Of a stretch of 64,000 bases of DNA, positions 38,401 to 51,798 are shown piece by piece. The first letter of the stretch is position 1. Each line of letters begins with the position of its first letter. The notes beneath the pieces were generated by a model that was given only the letters and a program-made list of their open reading frames with translations, ran no database searches and was not told where the DNA came from. This DNA comes from Auanema rhodensis (taxonomy: Eukaryota > Animalia > Nematoda): the NCBI GenBank assembly GCA_964057225.1, contig OZ059900.1:22630001-22694000 (forward strand). The letters run 5' to 3'. The position numbers and the translations under genes are program-made.

Positions 38401-41400
38401 TATAATATTTAGAACGTGATTCTTTGATTATGAAAAACTTTCAGAGCCTGCACTGATAATATAATTGGAAACAGGCAGTACGCAATACGCAAACATTTGA
38501 ATGGCAGCTTTATTACAATACAACTTAGTTTCCTCAATTATATCAAGCTTCATGAACACGGACTGTTTGTGCAATAGATGATAGCAATGATAATTTCGTT
38601 TCTTTTTTCAATTAACTTTCCAGTACGCGAGTTATTATATTTAGAACGTGATTCCTTCATAATGAAAACTTTTTAGAGCCTGCACTGATAATATAACTGG
38701 AAACAGGCAATACTAAAACATTAGAATGACAGCTTTATTACAATAGGACTTAGTTTACTCAATCATACCAATCTTCATGAACACGGACTGTTTGTGTAAT
38801 AGATAATAGCAATAATAGTTTCGTTTCTGTTTTTAATTAACTTTCCTGTACGCGAGTTATAATATTTAGAACGTGATTCCTTGATTATGAAAAACTTTCA
38901 GAGCCTGCACTGATAATATAATTGGAAACAGGCAGTACGCAATAGGCAAACATTTGAATGACAGCTTTATTACAATACGACTTAGTTTACTCAATTATAT
39001 CAAGCTTCATGAACACGGACTGCTTGTGTAATATATAATAGCAATAATAGTTTTGTTTCTGTTTTTAATTAACTTTCCTGTACGCGAGTTACAATATTTA
39101 GAACGTGATTCCTTCATAATGAAAAATTTTTAGAGCCTGCACTGATAATATAACTGGAAACAGGCAGTACGCGATACGCAAATATTTGAATGACAGCTTT
39201 AATACAAGATGACTTAGCTTACTCAATCATATCAAGCTTCATGAACAGGGACTGCTTGTGTAATAGATGATAGCAATGATAGTTTCGTTTCTTTTTTTAA
39301 TTAACTTTCCAGTACGCGAGTTATCATATTTAGAACGCGATTGCTTCATAATGAAAAATGTTTAGAGCCTGCACTGATAATATAATTGGAAACAGGCAGT
39401 ACGCAATACGCAAACATTTGAATGGCAGCTTTAATACAAGACGACTTAGTTTACTCAATCATATCAAGCTTCATGAACACGGACTGTTTGTGCAATAGAT
39501 GATAGCAATGATAGTTTCGTTTCTTTTTTTAACTAACTTTCCAGTACGCGAGTTAAAATATTTAGAACGCGATTCCTTGATAATGAAAAACTTTCAGAGC
39601 CTGCACTGATAATATAATTGGTAACAGGCAGTACGCAATACGCAAACATTTGAATGACAGCTTTATTATAATACGACTTAGTTTACTCAATTATATCAAG
39701 CTTCATGAACACGGACTGCTTGTGTAATATATAATAGCAATAATAGTTTCGTTTCTGTTTTTAATTAACTTTCCTGTACGCGAGTTATAATATTTAGAAC
39801 GTGATTCCTTGATTATGAAAAACTTTCAGAGCCTGCACTGATAATATAACTGGAAACAGGCAGTACGCAATACGCAAACATTTGAATGACAGCTTTATTA
39901 CAATACGACTTAGCTTACTCAATCATATCAAGCTTCATGAACAGGGACTGCTTATGTAATAGATGATAGCAATGATAATTTCGTTTCTTTTTTCAATTAA
40001 CTTTCCAGTACGCGAGTTATTATATTTAGAACGTGATTCCTTCATAATGAAAACTTTTTAGAGCCTGCACTGATAATATAATTGGAAACAGGCAGTACGC
40101 AATACGCAAACATTTGAATGACAGCTTTATTATAATACGACTTAGTTTACTCAATTATATCAAGCTTCATGAACACGGACTGCTTGTGTAATATATAATA
40201 GCAATAATAGTTTCGTTTCTGTTTTTAATTAACTTTCCTGTACGCGAGTTATAATATTTAGAACGTGATTCTTTGATTATGAAAAACTTTCAGAGCCTGC
40301 ACTGATAATATAATTGGAAACAGGCAGTACGCAATACGCAAACATTTGAATGGCAGCTTTATTACAATACAACTTAGTTTCCTCAATCATATCAAGCTTC
40401 ATGAACACGGACTGTTTGTGCAATAGATGATAGCAATGATAGTTTCGTTTCTTTTTTTAATTAACTTTCCAGTACGCGAGCTATAATATTTAGAACGCGA
40501 TTCCTTGATAATGAAAAACTTTCAGAGCCTGCACTGATAATATAACTGGAAACAGGCAATACTAAAACATTTGAATGACAGCTTTATTACAATAGGACTT
40601 AGTTTACTCAATCATACCAATCTTCATGAACACGGACTGTTTGTGTAATAGATAATAGCAATAATAGTTTCGTTTCTGTTTTTAATTAACTTTCCTGTAC
40701 GCGAGTTATAATATTTAGAACGTGATTCCTTGATTATGAAAAATTTTTAGAGCCTGCACTGATAATATAACTGGAAACAGGCAGTACGCGATACGCAAAT
40801 ATTTGAATGACAGCTTTAATACAAGACGACTTAGCTTACTCAATCATATCAAGCTTCATGAACAGGGACTGCTTGTGTAATAGATGATAGCAATGATAGT
40901 TTCGTTTCTTTTTTTAACTAACTTTCCAGTACGCGAGTTATAATATTTAGAACGCGATTCCTTGATAATGAAAAACTTTCAGAGCCTGCACTGATAATAT
41001 AATTGGAAACAGGCAGTACGCAATACGCAAACATTTGAATGACAGCTTTATTATAATACGACTTAGTTTACTCAATTATATCAAGCTTCATGAACACGGA
41101 CTGCTTGTGTAATATATAATAGCAATAATAGTTTCGTTTCTGTTTTTAATTAACTTTCCTGTACGCGAGTTATAATATTTAGAACGTGATTCCTTGATTA
41201 TGAAAAACTTTCAGAGCCTGCACTGATAATATAACTGGAAACAGGCAGTACGCGATACGCAAATATTTGAATGACAGCTTTAATACAAGACGACTTAGCT
41301 TACTCAATCATATCAAGCTTCATGAACAGGGACTGCTTATGTAATAGATGATAGCAATGATAATTTCGTTTCTTTTTTCAATTAACTTTCCAGTACGCGA

Positions 41401-42780
41401 GTTATTATATTTAGAACGTGATTTCTTCATAATGAAAACTTTTTAGAGCCTGCACTGATAATATAACTGGAAACAGGCAATACTAAAACATTAGAATGAC
41501 AGCTTTATTACAATAGGACTTAGTTTACTAAATCATACCAATCTTCATGAACACGGACTGTTTGTGTAATAGATAATAGCAATAATAGTTTCGTTTCTGT
41601 TTTTAATTAACTTTCCTGTACGCGAGTTATAATATTTAGAACGTGATTCCTTGATTATGAAAAACTTTCAGAGCCTGCACTGATAATATAATTGGAAACA
41701 GGCAGTACGCAATACGCAAACATTTGAATGACAGCTTTATTACAATACGACTTAGTTTACTCAATTATATCAAGCTTCATGAACACGGACTGCTTGTGTA
41801 ATATATAATAGCAATAATAGTTTTGTTTCTGTTTTTAATTAACTTTCCTGTACGCGAGTTATAATATTTAGAACGTGATTCCTTGATTATGAAAAACTTT
41901 CAGAGCCTGCACTGATAATATAATTGGAAACAGGCAGTACGCAATACGCAAACATTTGAATGACAGCTTTATTACAATACGACTTAGTTTACTCAATTAT
42001 ATCAAGCCTCATGAACACGGACTGCTTGTGTAATATATAATAGCAATAATAGTTTCGTTTCTGTTTTTAATTAACTTTCCTGTACGCGAGTTATTATATT
42101 TAGAACGTGATTCCTTCATAATGAAAAATTTTTAGAGCCTGCGCTGATAATATAACTGGAAACAGGCAATACTAAAACATTTGAATGACAGCTTTATTAC
42201 AATAGGACTTAGTTTACTCAATCATATCAAGCTTCATGAACAGGGACTGTTTGTGCAATAGATGATAGCAATGATTATTTCGTTTCTTTTTTCAATTAAC
42301 TTTCCAGTACGCGAGTTATTATATTTAGAACGTGATTCCTTCATAATGAAAAATTTTTAGAGCCTGCACTGATAATATAACTGGAAACAGGCAATACGCA
42401 AACATTTGAATGACAGCTTTATTACAATACGACTTAGTTTACTCAATCATATCAAGCTTCATGAACACGGACTGTTTGTGCAATAGATGATAGCAATGAT
42501 AGTTTCGTTTCTTTTTTTAACTAACTTTCCAGTACGCGAGTTATAATATTTAGAACGCGATTCCTTGATAATGAAAAATTTTTAGAGCCTGCACTGATAA
42601 TATAACTGGCAACAGGAAATACGCAAACATTTGAATGACAGCTTTATTACAATACGACTTAGTTTACTCAATCATATCAAGCTTCATGAACACGGACTGT
42701 TTGTGCAATAGATGATAGCAATGATAGTTTCGTTTCTTTTTTTAACTAACTTTCCAGTACGCGAGTTATAATATTTAGAA
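35470..42780. repeat. About 2.7-kb block duplicated at 4598-bp (20-monomer) spacing, overlapping a 2749-bp (12-monomer) periodicity
   Basis: TGGCAGC..TACAAC 35753/40351, TGATTTCTTC 36821/41419 and GCGCTGAT 37543/42141 are all 4598 bp apart. GCAAAACTTT 35451/38200 are 2749 bp apart. Confidence 0.85.
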
Positions 42781-44620
42781 CGTGATTCCTTGATTATGAA
42801 AAACTTTCAGAGCCTGCACTGATAATATAACTGGAAACAGGCAGTACGCAATACGCAAACATTTGAATGACAGCTTTATTACAATACGACTTAGCTTACT
42901 CAATCATATCAAGCTTCATGAACAGGGACTGCTTATGTAATAGATGATAGCAATGATAATTTCGTTTCTTTTTTCAATTAACTTTCCAGTACGCGAGTTA
43001 TTATATTTAGAACGTGATTCCTTCATAATGAAAACTTTTTAGAGCCTGCACTGATAATATAACTGGAAACAGGCAATACTAAAACATTAGAATGACAGCT
43101 TTATTACAATAGGACTTAGTTTACTCAATCATACCAATCTTCATGAACACGGACTGTTTGTGTAATAGATAATAGCAATAATAGTTTCGTTTCTGTTTTT
43201 AATTAACTTTCCTGTACGCGAGTTATAATATTTAGAACGTGATTCCTTGATTATGAAAAACTTTCAGAGCCTGCACTGATAATATAATTGGAAACAGGCA
43301 GTACGCAATACGCAAGCATTTGAATGACAGCTTTATTACAATACGACTTAGTTTACTCAATTATATCAAGCTTCATGAACACGGACTGCTTGTGTAATAT
43401 ATAATAGCAATAATAGTTTCGTTTCTGTTTTTAATTAACTTTCCTGTACGCGAGTTATTATATTTAGAACGTGATTCCTTCATAATGAAAAATTTTTAGA
43501 GCCTGCACTGATAATATAACTGGAAACAGGCAATACTAAAACATTTGAATGACAGCTTTATTACAATAGGACTTAGTTTACTCAATTATATCAAGCTTCA
43601 TGAACACGGACTGCTTGTGTAATATATAATTGCAATAATAGTTTTGTTTCTGTTTTTAATTAACTTTCCTGTACGCGAGTTATAATATTTAGAACGTGAT
43701 TCCTTGATTATGAAAAACTTTCAGAGCCTGCACTGATAATATAATTGGAAACAGGCAGTACGCAATACGCAAGCATTTGAATGACAGCTTTATTACAATA
43801 CGACTTAGTTTACTCAATTATATCAAGCTTCATGAACACGGACTGCTTGTGTAATATATAATTGCAATAATAGTTTTGTTTCTGTTTTTAATTAACTTTC
43901 CTGTACGCGAGTTATTATATTTAGAACGTGATTCCTTCATAATGAAAAATTTTTAGAGCCTGCACTGATAATATAACTGGAAACAGGCAATACTAAAACA
44001 TTTGAATGACAGCTTTATTACAATACGACTTAGTTTACTCAATTATATCAAGCTTCATGAACACGGACTGCTTGTGTAATATATAATTGCAATAATAGTT
44101 TTGTTTCTGTTTTTAATTAACTTTCCTGTACGCGAGTTATAATATTTAGAACGTGATTCCTTGATTATGAAAAACTTTCAGAGCCTGCACTGATAATATA
44201 ATTGGAAACAGGCAGTACGCAATACGCAAGCATTTGAATGACAGCTTTATTACAATACGACTTAGTTTACTCAATTATATCAAGCTTCATGAACACGGAC
44301 TGCTTGTGTAATATATAATAGCAATAATAGTTTCGTTTCTGTTTTTAATTAACTTTCCTGTACGCGAGTTATTATATTTAGAACGTGATTCCTTCATAAT
44401 GAAAAATTTTTAGAGCCTGCACTGATAATATAACTGGAAACAGGCAATACTAAAACATTTGAATGACAGCTTTATTACAATAGGACTTAGTTTACTAATT
44501 CATATCAAGCTTCATGAACACGGACTGTTTGTGCAATAGATGATAGCAATGATTATTTCGTTTCTTTTTTCAATTAACTTTCCAGTACGCGAGTTATTAT
44601 ATTTAGAACGTGATTCCTTC

Positions 44621-47600
44621 ATAATGAAAAATTTTTAGAGCCTGCACTGATAATATAACTGGCAACAGGCAATACGCAAACATTTGAATGACAGCTTTAT
44701 TACAATACGACTTAGTTTACTCAATCATATCAAGCTTCATGAACACGGACTGTTTGTGCAATAGATGATAGCAATGATAGTTTCGTTTCTTTTTTTAACT
44801 AACTTTCCAGTACGCGAGTTATAATATTTAGAACGCGATTCCTTGATAATGAAAAATTTTTAGAGCCTGCACTGATAATATAACTGGCAACAGGAAATAC
44901 GCAAACATTTGAATGACAGCTTTATTACAATACGACTTAGTTTACTCAATCATATCAAGCTTCATGAACACGGACTGTTTGTGCAATAGATGATAGCAAT
45001 GATAGTTTCGTTTCTTTTTTTAACTAACTTTCCAGTACGCGAGTTATAATATTTAGAACGCGATTCCTTGATAATGAAAAACTTTCAGAGCCTGCACTGA
45101 TAATATAATTGGAAACAGGCAGTACGCAATACGCAAACATTTGAATGACAGCTTTATTATAATACGACTTAGTTTACTCAATTATATCAAGCTTCATGAA
45201 CACGGACTGCTTGTGTAATATATAATAGCAATAATAGTTTCGTTTCTGTTTTTAATTAACTTTCCTGTACGCGAGTTATAATATTTAGAACGTGATTCTT
45301 TGATTATAAAAAACTTTCAGAGCCTGAACTGATAATATAATTGGAAACAGGCAGTACGCAATACGCAAACATTTGAATGGCAGCTTTATTACAATACGAC
45401 TTAGTTTACTCAATTATATCAAGCTTCATGAACACGGACTGTTTGTGCAATAGATGATAGCAATGATAATTTCGTTTCTTTTTTCAATTAACTTTCCAGT
45501 ACGCGAGTTATTATATTTAGAACGTGATTCCTTCATAATGAAAACTTTTTAGAGCCTGCACTGATAATATAACTGGAAACAGGCAATACTAAAACATTAG
45601 AATGACAGCTTTATTACAATAGGACTTAGTTTACTCAATCATACCAATCTTCATGAACACGGACTGTTTGTGTAATAGATAATAGCAATAATAGTTTCGT
45701 TTCTGTTTTTAATTAACTTTCCTGTACGCGAGTTATAATATTTAGAACGTGATTCCTTGATTATGAAAAACTTTCAGAGCCTGCACTGATAATATAATTG
45801 GAAACAGGCAGTACGCAATAGGCAAACATTTGAATGACAGCTTTATTACAATACGACTTAGTTTACTCAATTATATCAAGCTTCATGAACACGGACTGCT
45901 TGTGTAATATATAATAGCAATAATAGTCTTGTTTCTGTTTTTAATTAACTTTCCTGTACGCGAGTTACAATATTTAGAACGTGATTCCTTCATAATGAAA
46001 AATTTTTAGAGCCTGCACTGATAATATAACTGGAAACAGGCAATACTAAAACATTTGAATGACAGCTTTATTACAATAGGACTTAGTTTACTCAATCATA
46101 TCAAGCTTCATGAACACGGACTGTTTGTGCAATAGATGATAGCAATGATTATTTCGTTTCTTTTTTCAATTAACTTTCCAGTACGCGAGTTATTATATTT
46201 AGAACGTGATTCCTTCATAATGAAAAATTTTTAGAGCCTGCACTGATAATATAATTGCAAACAGGCAGTACGCAATACGCAAACATTTGAATGACAGCTT
46301 TATTACAATACGACTTAGCTTACTCAATCATATCAAGCTTCATGAACAGGGACTGTTTGTGTAATAGATGATAGCAATGATAGTTTCGTTTCTTTTTTTA
46401 ATTAACTTTCCAGTACGCGAGTTATCATATTTAGAACGCGATTGCTTCATAATGAAAAATGTTTAGAGCCTGCACTGATAATATAACTGGCAACAGGCAA
46501 TACGCAAACATTTGAATGACAGCTTTATTACAATAGGACTTAGTTTACTCAATCATACCAATCTTCATGAACACGGACTGTTTGTGTAATAGATAATAGC
46601 AATAATAGTTTCGTTTCTGTTTTTAATTAACTTTCCTGTACGCGAGTTATAATATTTAGAACGTGATTCCTTGATTATGAAAAATTTTTAGAGCCTGCAC
46701 TGATAATATAACTGGAAACAGGCAGTACGCGATACGCAAATATTTGAATGACAGCTTTATTACAATACGACTTAGTTTACTCAATCATATCAAGAGTCAT
46801 GAACACGGACTGTTTGTGTAATAGATAATAGCAATAATAGTTTCGTTTCTGTTTTCAAATAACTTTCCAGTACGCGAGTTATTATATTTAGAACGTGATT
46901 CCTTCATAATGAAAAATTTTTAGAGCCTGCACTGATAATATAACTGGAAACAGGCAGTACGCGATACGCAAACATTTGAATGACAGCTTTATTACAATAC
47001 GACTTAGTTTACTCAATTATATCAAGCTTCATCAACACGGACTGTTTGTGCAATAGATGATAGCAATGATAATTTCGTTTCTTTTTTTAATTAACTTTCC
47101 AGTACGCGAGTTATCATATTTAGAACGCGATTGCTTCATAATGAAAAATGTTTAGAGCCTGCACTGATAATATAACTGGCAACAGGCAATACGGAAACAT
47201 TTGAATGACAGCTTTATTACAATACGACTTAGTTTACTCAATCATATCAAGCTTCATGAACACGGACTGTTTGTGTAATAGATAATAGCAATAATAGTTT
47301 CGTTTCTGTTTTCAAATAACTTTCCAGTACGCGAGTTATTATATTTAGAACGTGATTCCTTCATAATGAAAAATTTTTAGAGCCTGCACTGATAATATAA
47401 CTGGAAACAGGCAGTACGCGATACGCAAATATTTGAATGACAGCTTTAATACAATACGACTTAGCTTACTCAATCATATCAAGCTTCATGAACAGGGACT
47501 GCTTGTGTAATAGATGATAGCAATGATAGTTTCGTTTCTTTTTTTAATTAACTTTCCAGTACGCGAGTTATCATATTTAGAACGCGATTGCTTCATAATG

Positions 47601-50600
47601 AAAAATGTTTAGAGCCTGCACTGATAATATAACTGGCAACAGGCAATACGGAAACATTTGAATGACAGCTTTATTACAATACGACTTAGTTTACTCAATC
47701 ATATCAAGCTTCATGAACACGGACTGTTTGTGCAATAGATGATAGCAATGATAGTTTCGTTTCTTTTTTTAACTAACTTTCCAGTACGCGAGTTATAATA
47801 TTTAGAACGCGATTCCTTGATAATGAAAAACTTTCAGAGCCTGCACTGATAATATAACTGGAAACAGGCAATACTAAAACATTTGAATGACAGCTTTATT
47901 ACAATAGGACTTAGTTTACTCAATCATACCAATCTTCATGAACACGGACTGCTTGTGTAATATATAATAGCAATAATAGTTTCGTTTCTGTTTTTAATTA
48001 ACTTTCCTGTACGCGAGTTATAATATTTAGAACGTGATTCTTTGATTATAAAAAACTTTCAGAGCCTGCACTGATAATATAACTGGCAACAGGCAATACG
48101 CAAACATTTGAATGACAGCTTTATTACAATACGACTTAGTTTACTCAATCATATCAAGCTTCATGAACACGGACTGTTTGTGCAATAGATGATAGCAATG
48201 ATAGTTTCGTTTCTTTTTTTAACTAACTTTCCAGTACGCGAGTTATAATATTTAGAACGCGATTCCTTGATAATGAAAAATTTTTAGAGCCTGCACTGAT
48301 AATATAACTGGCAACAGGCAATACGCAAACATTTGAATGACAGCTTTATTACAATACGACTTAGTTTACTCAATCATATCAAGCTTCATGACCACGGACT
48401 GTTTGTGCAATAGATGATAGCAATGATAGTTTCGTTTCTTTTTTTAACTAACTTTCCAGTACGCGAGTTATAATATTTAGAACGCGATTCCTTGATAATG
48501 AAAAATTTTTAGAGCCTCCACTGATAATATAACTGGCAACAGGAAATACGCAAACATTTGAATGACAGCTTTATTACAATACGACTTAGTTTACTCAATC
48601 ATATCAAGCTTCATGAACACGGACTGTTTGTGCAATAGATGATAGCAATGATAGTTTCGTTTCTTTTTCTAACTAACTTTCCAGTACGCGAGTTATAATA
48701 TTTAGAACGCGATTCCTTGATAATGAAAAACTTTCAGAGCCTGCACTGATAATATAATTGGAAACAGGCAGTACGCAATACGAAAACATTTGAATGACAG
48801 TTTTATTATAATACGACTTAGTTTACTCAATTATATCAAGCTTCATGAACACGGACTGCTTGTGTAATATATAATAGCAATAATAGTTTCGTTTCTGTTT
48901 TTAATTAACTTTCCTGTACGCGAGTTATAATATTTAGAACGTGATTCTTTGATTATAAAAAACTTTCAGAGCCTGCACTGATAATATAATTGGAAACAGG
49001 CAGTACGCAATACGCAAACATTTGAATGGCAGCTTTATTACAATACGACTTAGTTTACTCAATTATATCAAGCTTCATGAACACGGACTGTTTGTGCAAT
49101 AGATGATAGCAATGATAATTTCGTTTCTTTTTTCAATTAACTTTCCAGTACGCGAGTTATTATATTTAGAACGTGATTCCTTCATAATGAAAACTTTTTA
49201 GAGCCTGCACTGATAATATAACTGGAAACAGGCAATACTAAAACATTTGAATGACAGCTTTATTACAATAGGACTTAGTTTACTCAATCATACCAATCTT
49301 CATGAACACGGACTGTTTGTGTAATAGATAATAGCAATAATAGTTTCGTTTCTGTTTTTAATTAACTTTCCTGTACGCGAGTTATAATATTTAGAACGTG
49401 ATTCCTTGATTATGAAAAACTTTCAGAGCCTGCACTGATAATATAATTGGAAACAGGCAGTACGCAATAGGCAAACATTTGAATGACAGCTTTATTACAA
49501 TACGACTTAGTTTACTCAATTATATCAAGCTTCATGAACACGGACTGCTTGTGTAATATATAATAGCAATAATAGTTTTGTTTCTGTTTTTAATTAACTT
49601 TCCTGTACGCGAGTTACAATATTTAGAACGTGATTCCTTCATAATGAAAAATTTTTAGAGCCTGCACTGATAATATAACTGGAAACAGGCAATACTAAAA
49701 CATTTGAATGACAGCTTTATTACAATAGGACTTAGTTTACTCAATCATATCAAGCTTCATGAACACGGACTGTTTGTGCAATAGATGATAGCAATGATTA
49801 TTTCGTTTCTTTTTTCAATTAACTTTCCAGTACGCGAGTTATTATATTTAGAACGTGATTCCTTCATAATGAAAAATTTTTAGAGCCTGCACTGATAATA
49901 TAATTGGAAACAGGCAGTACGCAATACGCAAACATTTGAATGACAGCTTTATTACAATACGACTTAGCTTACTCAATCATATCAAGCTTCATGAACAGGG
50001 ACTGTTTGTGTAATAGATGATAGCAATGATAGTTTCGTTTCTTTTTTTAATTAACTTTCCAGTACGCGAGTTATCATATTTAGAACGCGATTGCTTCATA
50101 ATGAAAAATGTTTAGAGCCTGCACTGATAATATAACTGGCAACAGGCAATACGCAAACATTTGAATGACAGCTTTATTACAATAGGACTTAGTTTACTCA
50201 ATCATACCAATCTTCATGAACACGGACTGTTTGTGTAATAGATAATAGCAATAATAGTTTCGTTTCTGTTTTTAATTAACTTTCCTGTACGCGAGTTATA
50301 ATATTTAGAACGTGATTCCTTGATTATGAAAAATTTTTAGAGCCTGCACTGATAATATAACTGGAAACAGGCAGTACGCGATACGCAAATATTTGAATGA
50401 CAGCTTTATTACAATACGACTTAGTTTACTCAATCATATCAAGAGTCATGAACACGGACTGTTTGTGTAATAGATAATAGCAATAATAGTTTCGTTTCTG
50501 TTTTCAAATAACTTTCCAGTACGCGAGTTATTATATTTAGAACGTGATTCCTTCATAATGAAAAATTTTTAGAGCCTGCACTGATAATATAACTGGAAAC

Positions 50601-51798
50601 AGGCAGTACGCGATACGCAAACATTTGAATGACAGCTTTATTACAATACGACTTAGTTTACTCAATTATATCAAGCTTCATCAACACGGACTGTTTGTGC
50701 AATAGATGATAGCAATGATAATTTCGTTTCTTTTTTTAATTAACTTTCCAGTACGCGAGTTATCATATTTAGAACGCGATTGCTTCATAATGAAAAATGT
50801 TTAGAGCCTGCACTGATAATATAACTGGCAACAGGCAATACGGAAACATTTGAATGACAGCTTTATTACAATACGACTTAGTTTACTCAATCATATCAAG
50901 CTTCATGAACACGGACTGTTTGTGTAATAGATAATAGCAATAATAGTTTCGTTTCTGTTTTCAAATAACTTTCCAGTACGCGAGTTATTATATTTAGAAC
51001 GTGATTCCTTCATAATGAAAAATTTTTAGAGCCTGCACTGATAATATAACTGGAAACAGGCAGTACGCGATACGCAAATATTTGAATGACAGCTTTAATA
51101 CAATACGACTTAGCTTACTCAATCATATCAAGCTTCATGAACAGGGACTGCTTGTGTAATAGATGATAGCAATGATAGTTTCGTTTCTTTTTTTAATTAA
51201 CTTTCCAGTACGCGAGTTATCATATTTAGAACGCGATTGCTTCATAATGAAAAATGTTTAGAGCCTGCACTGATAATATAACTGGCAACAGGCAATACGG
51301 AAACATTTGAATGACAGCTTTATTACAATACGACTTAGTTTACTCAATCATATCAAGCTTCATGAACACGGACTGTTTGTGCAATAGATGATAGCAATGA
51401 TAGTTTCGTTTCTTTTTTTAACTAACTTTCCAGTACGCGAGTTATAATATTTAGAACGCGATTCCTTGATAATGAAAAACTTTCAGAGCCTGCACTGATA
51501 ATATAACTGGAAACAGGCAATACTAAAACATTTGAATGACAGCTTTATTACAATAGGACTTAGTTTACTCAATCATACCAATCTTCATGAACACGGACTG
51601 CTTGTGTAATATATAATAGCAATAATAGTTTCGTTTCTGTTTTTAATTAACTTTCCTGTACGCGAGTTATAATATTTAGAACGTGATTCTTTGATTATAA
51701 AAAACTTTCAGAGCCTGCACTGATAATATAACTGGCAACAGGCAATACGCAAACATTTGAATGACAGCTTTATTACAATACGACTTAGTTTACTCAAT
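44621..51798. repeat. Second 16-monomer tandem duplication in array B (3649 bp)
   Basis: AATAGGCAAAC 45821/49470, CAAGAGTCAT 46791/50440 and ATCAACACGG 47031/50680 are all 3649 bp apart (7x232+9x225). Confidence 0.9.
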
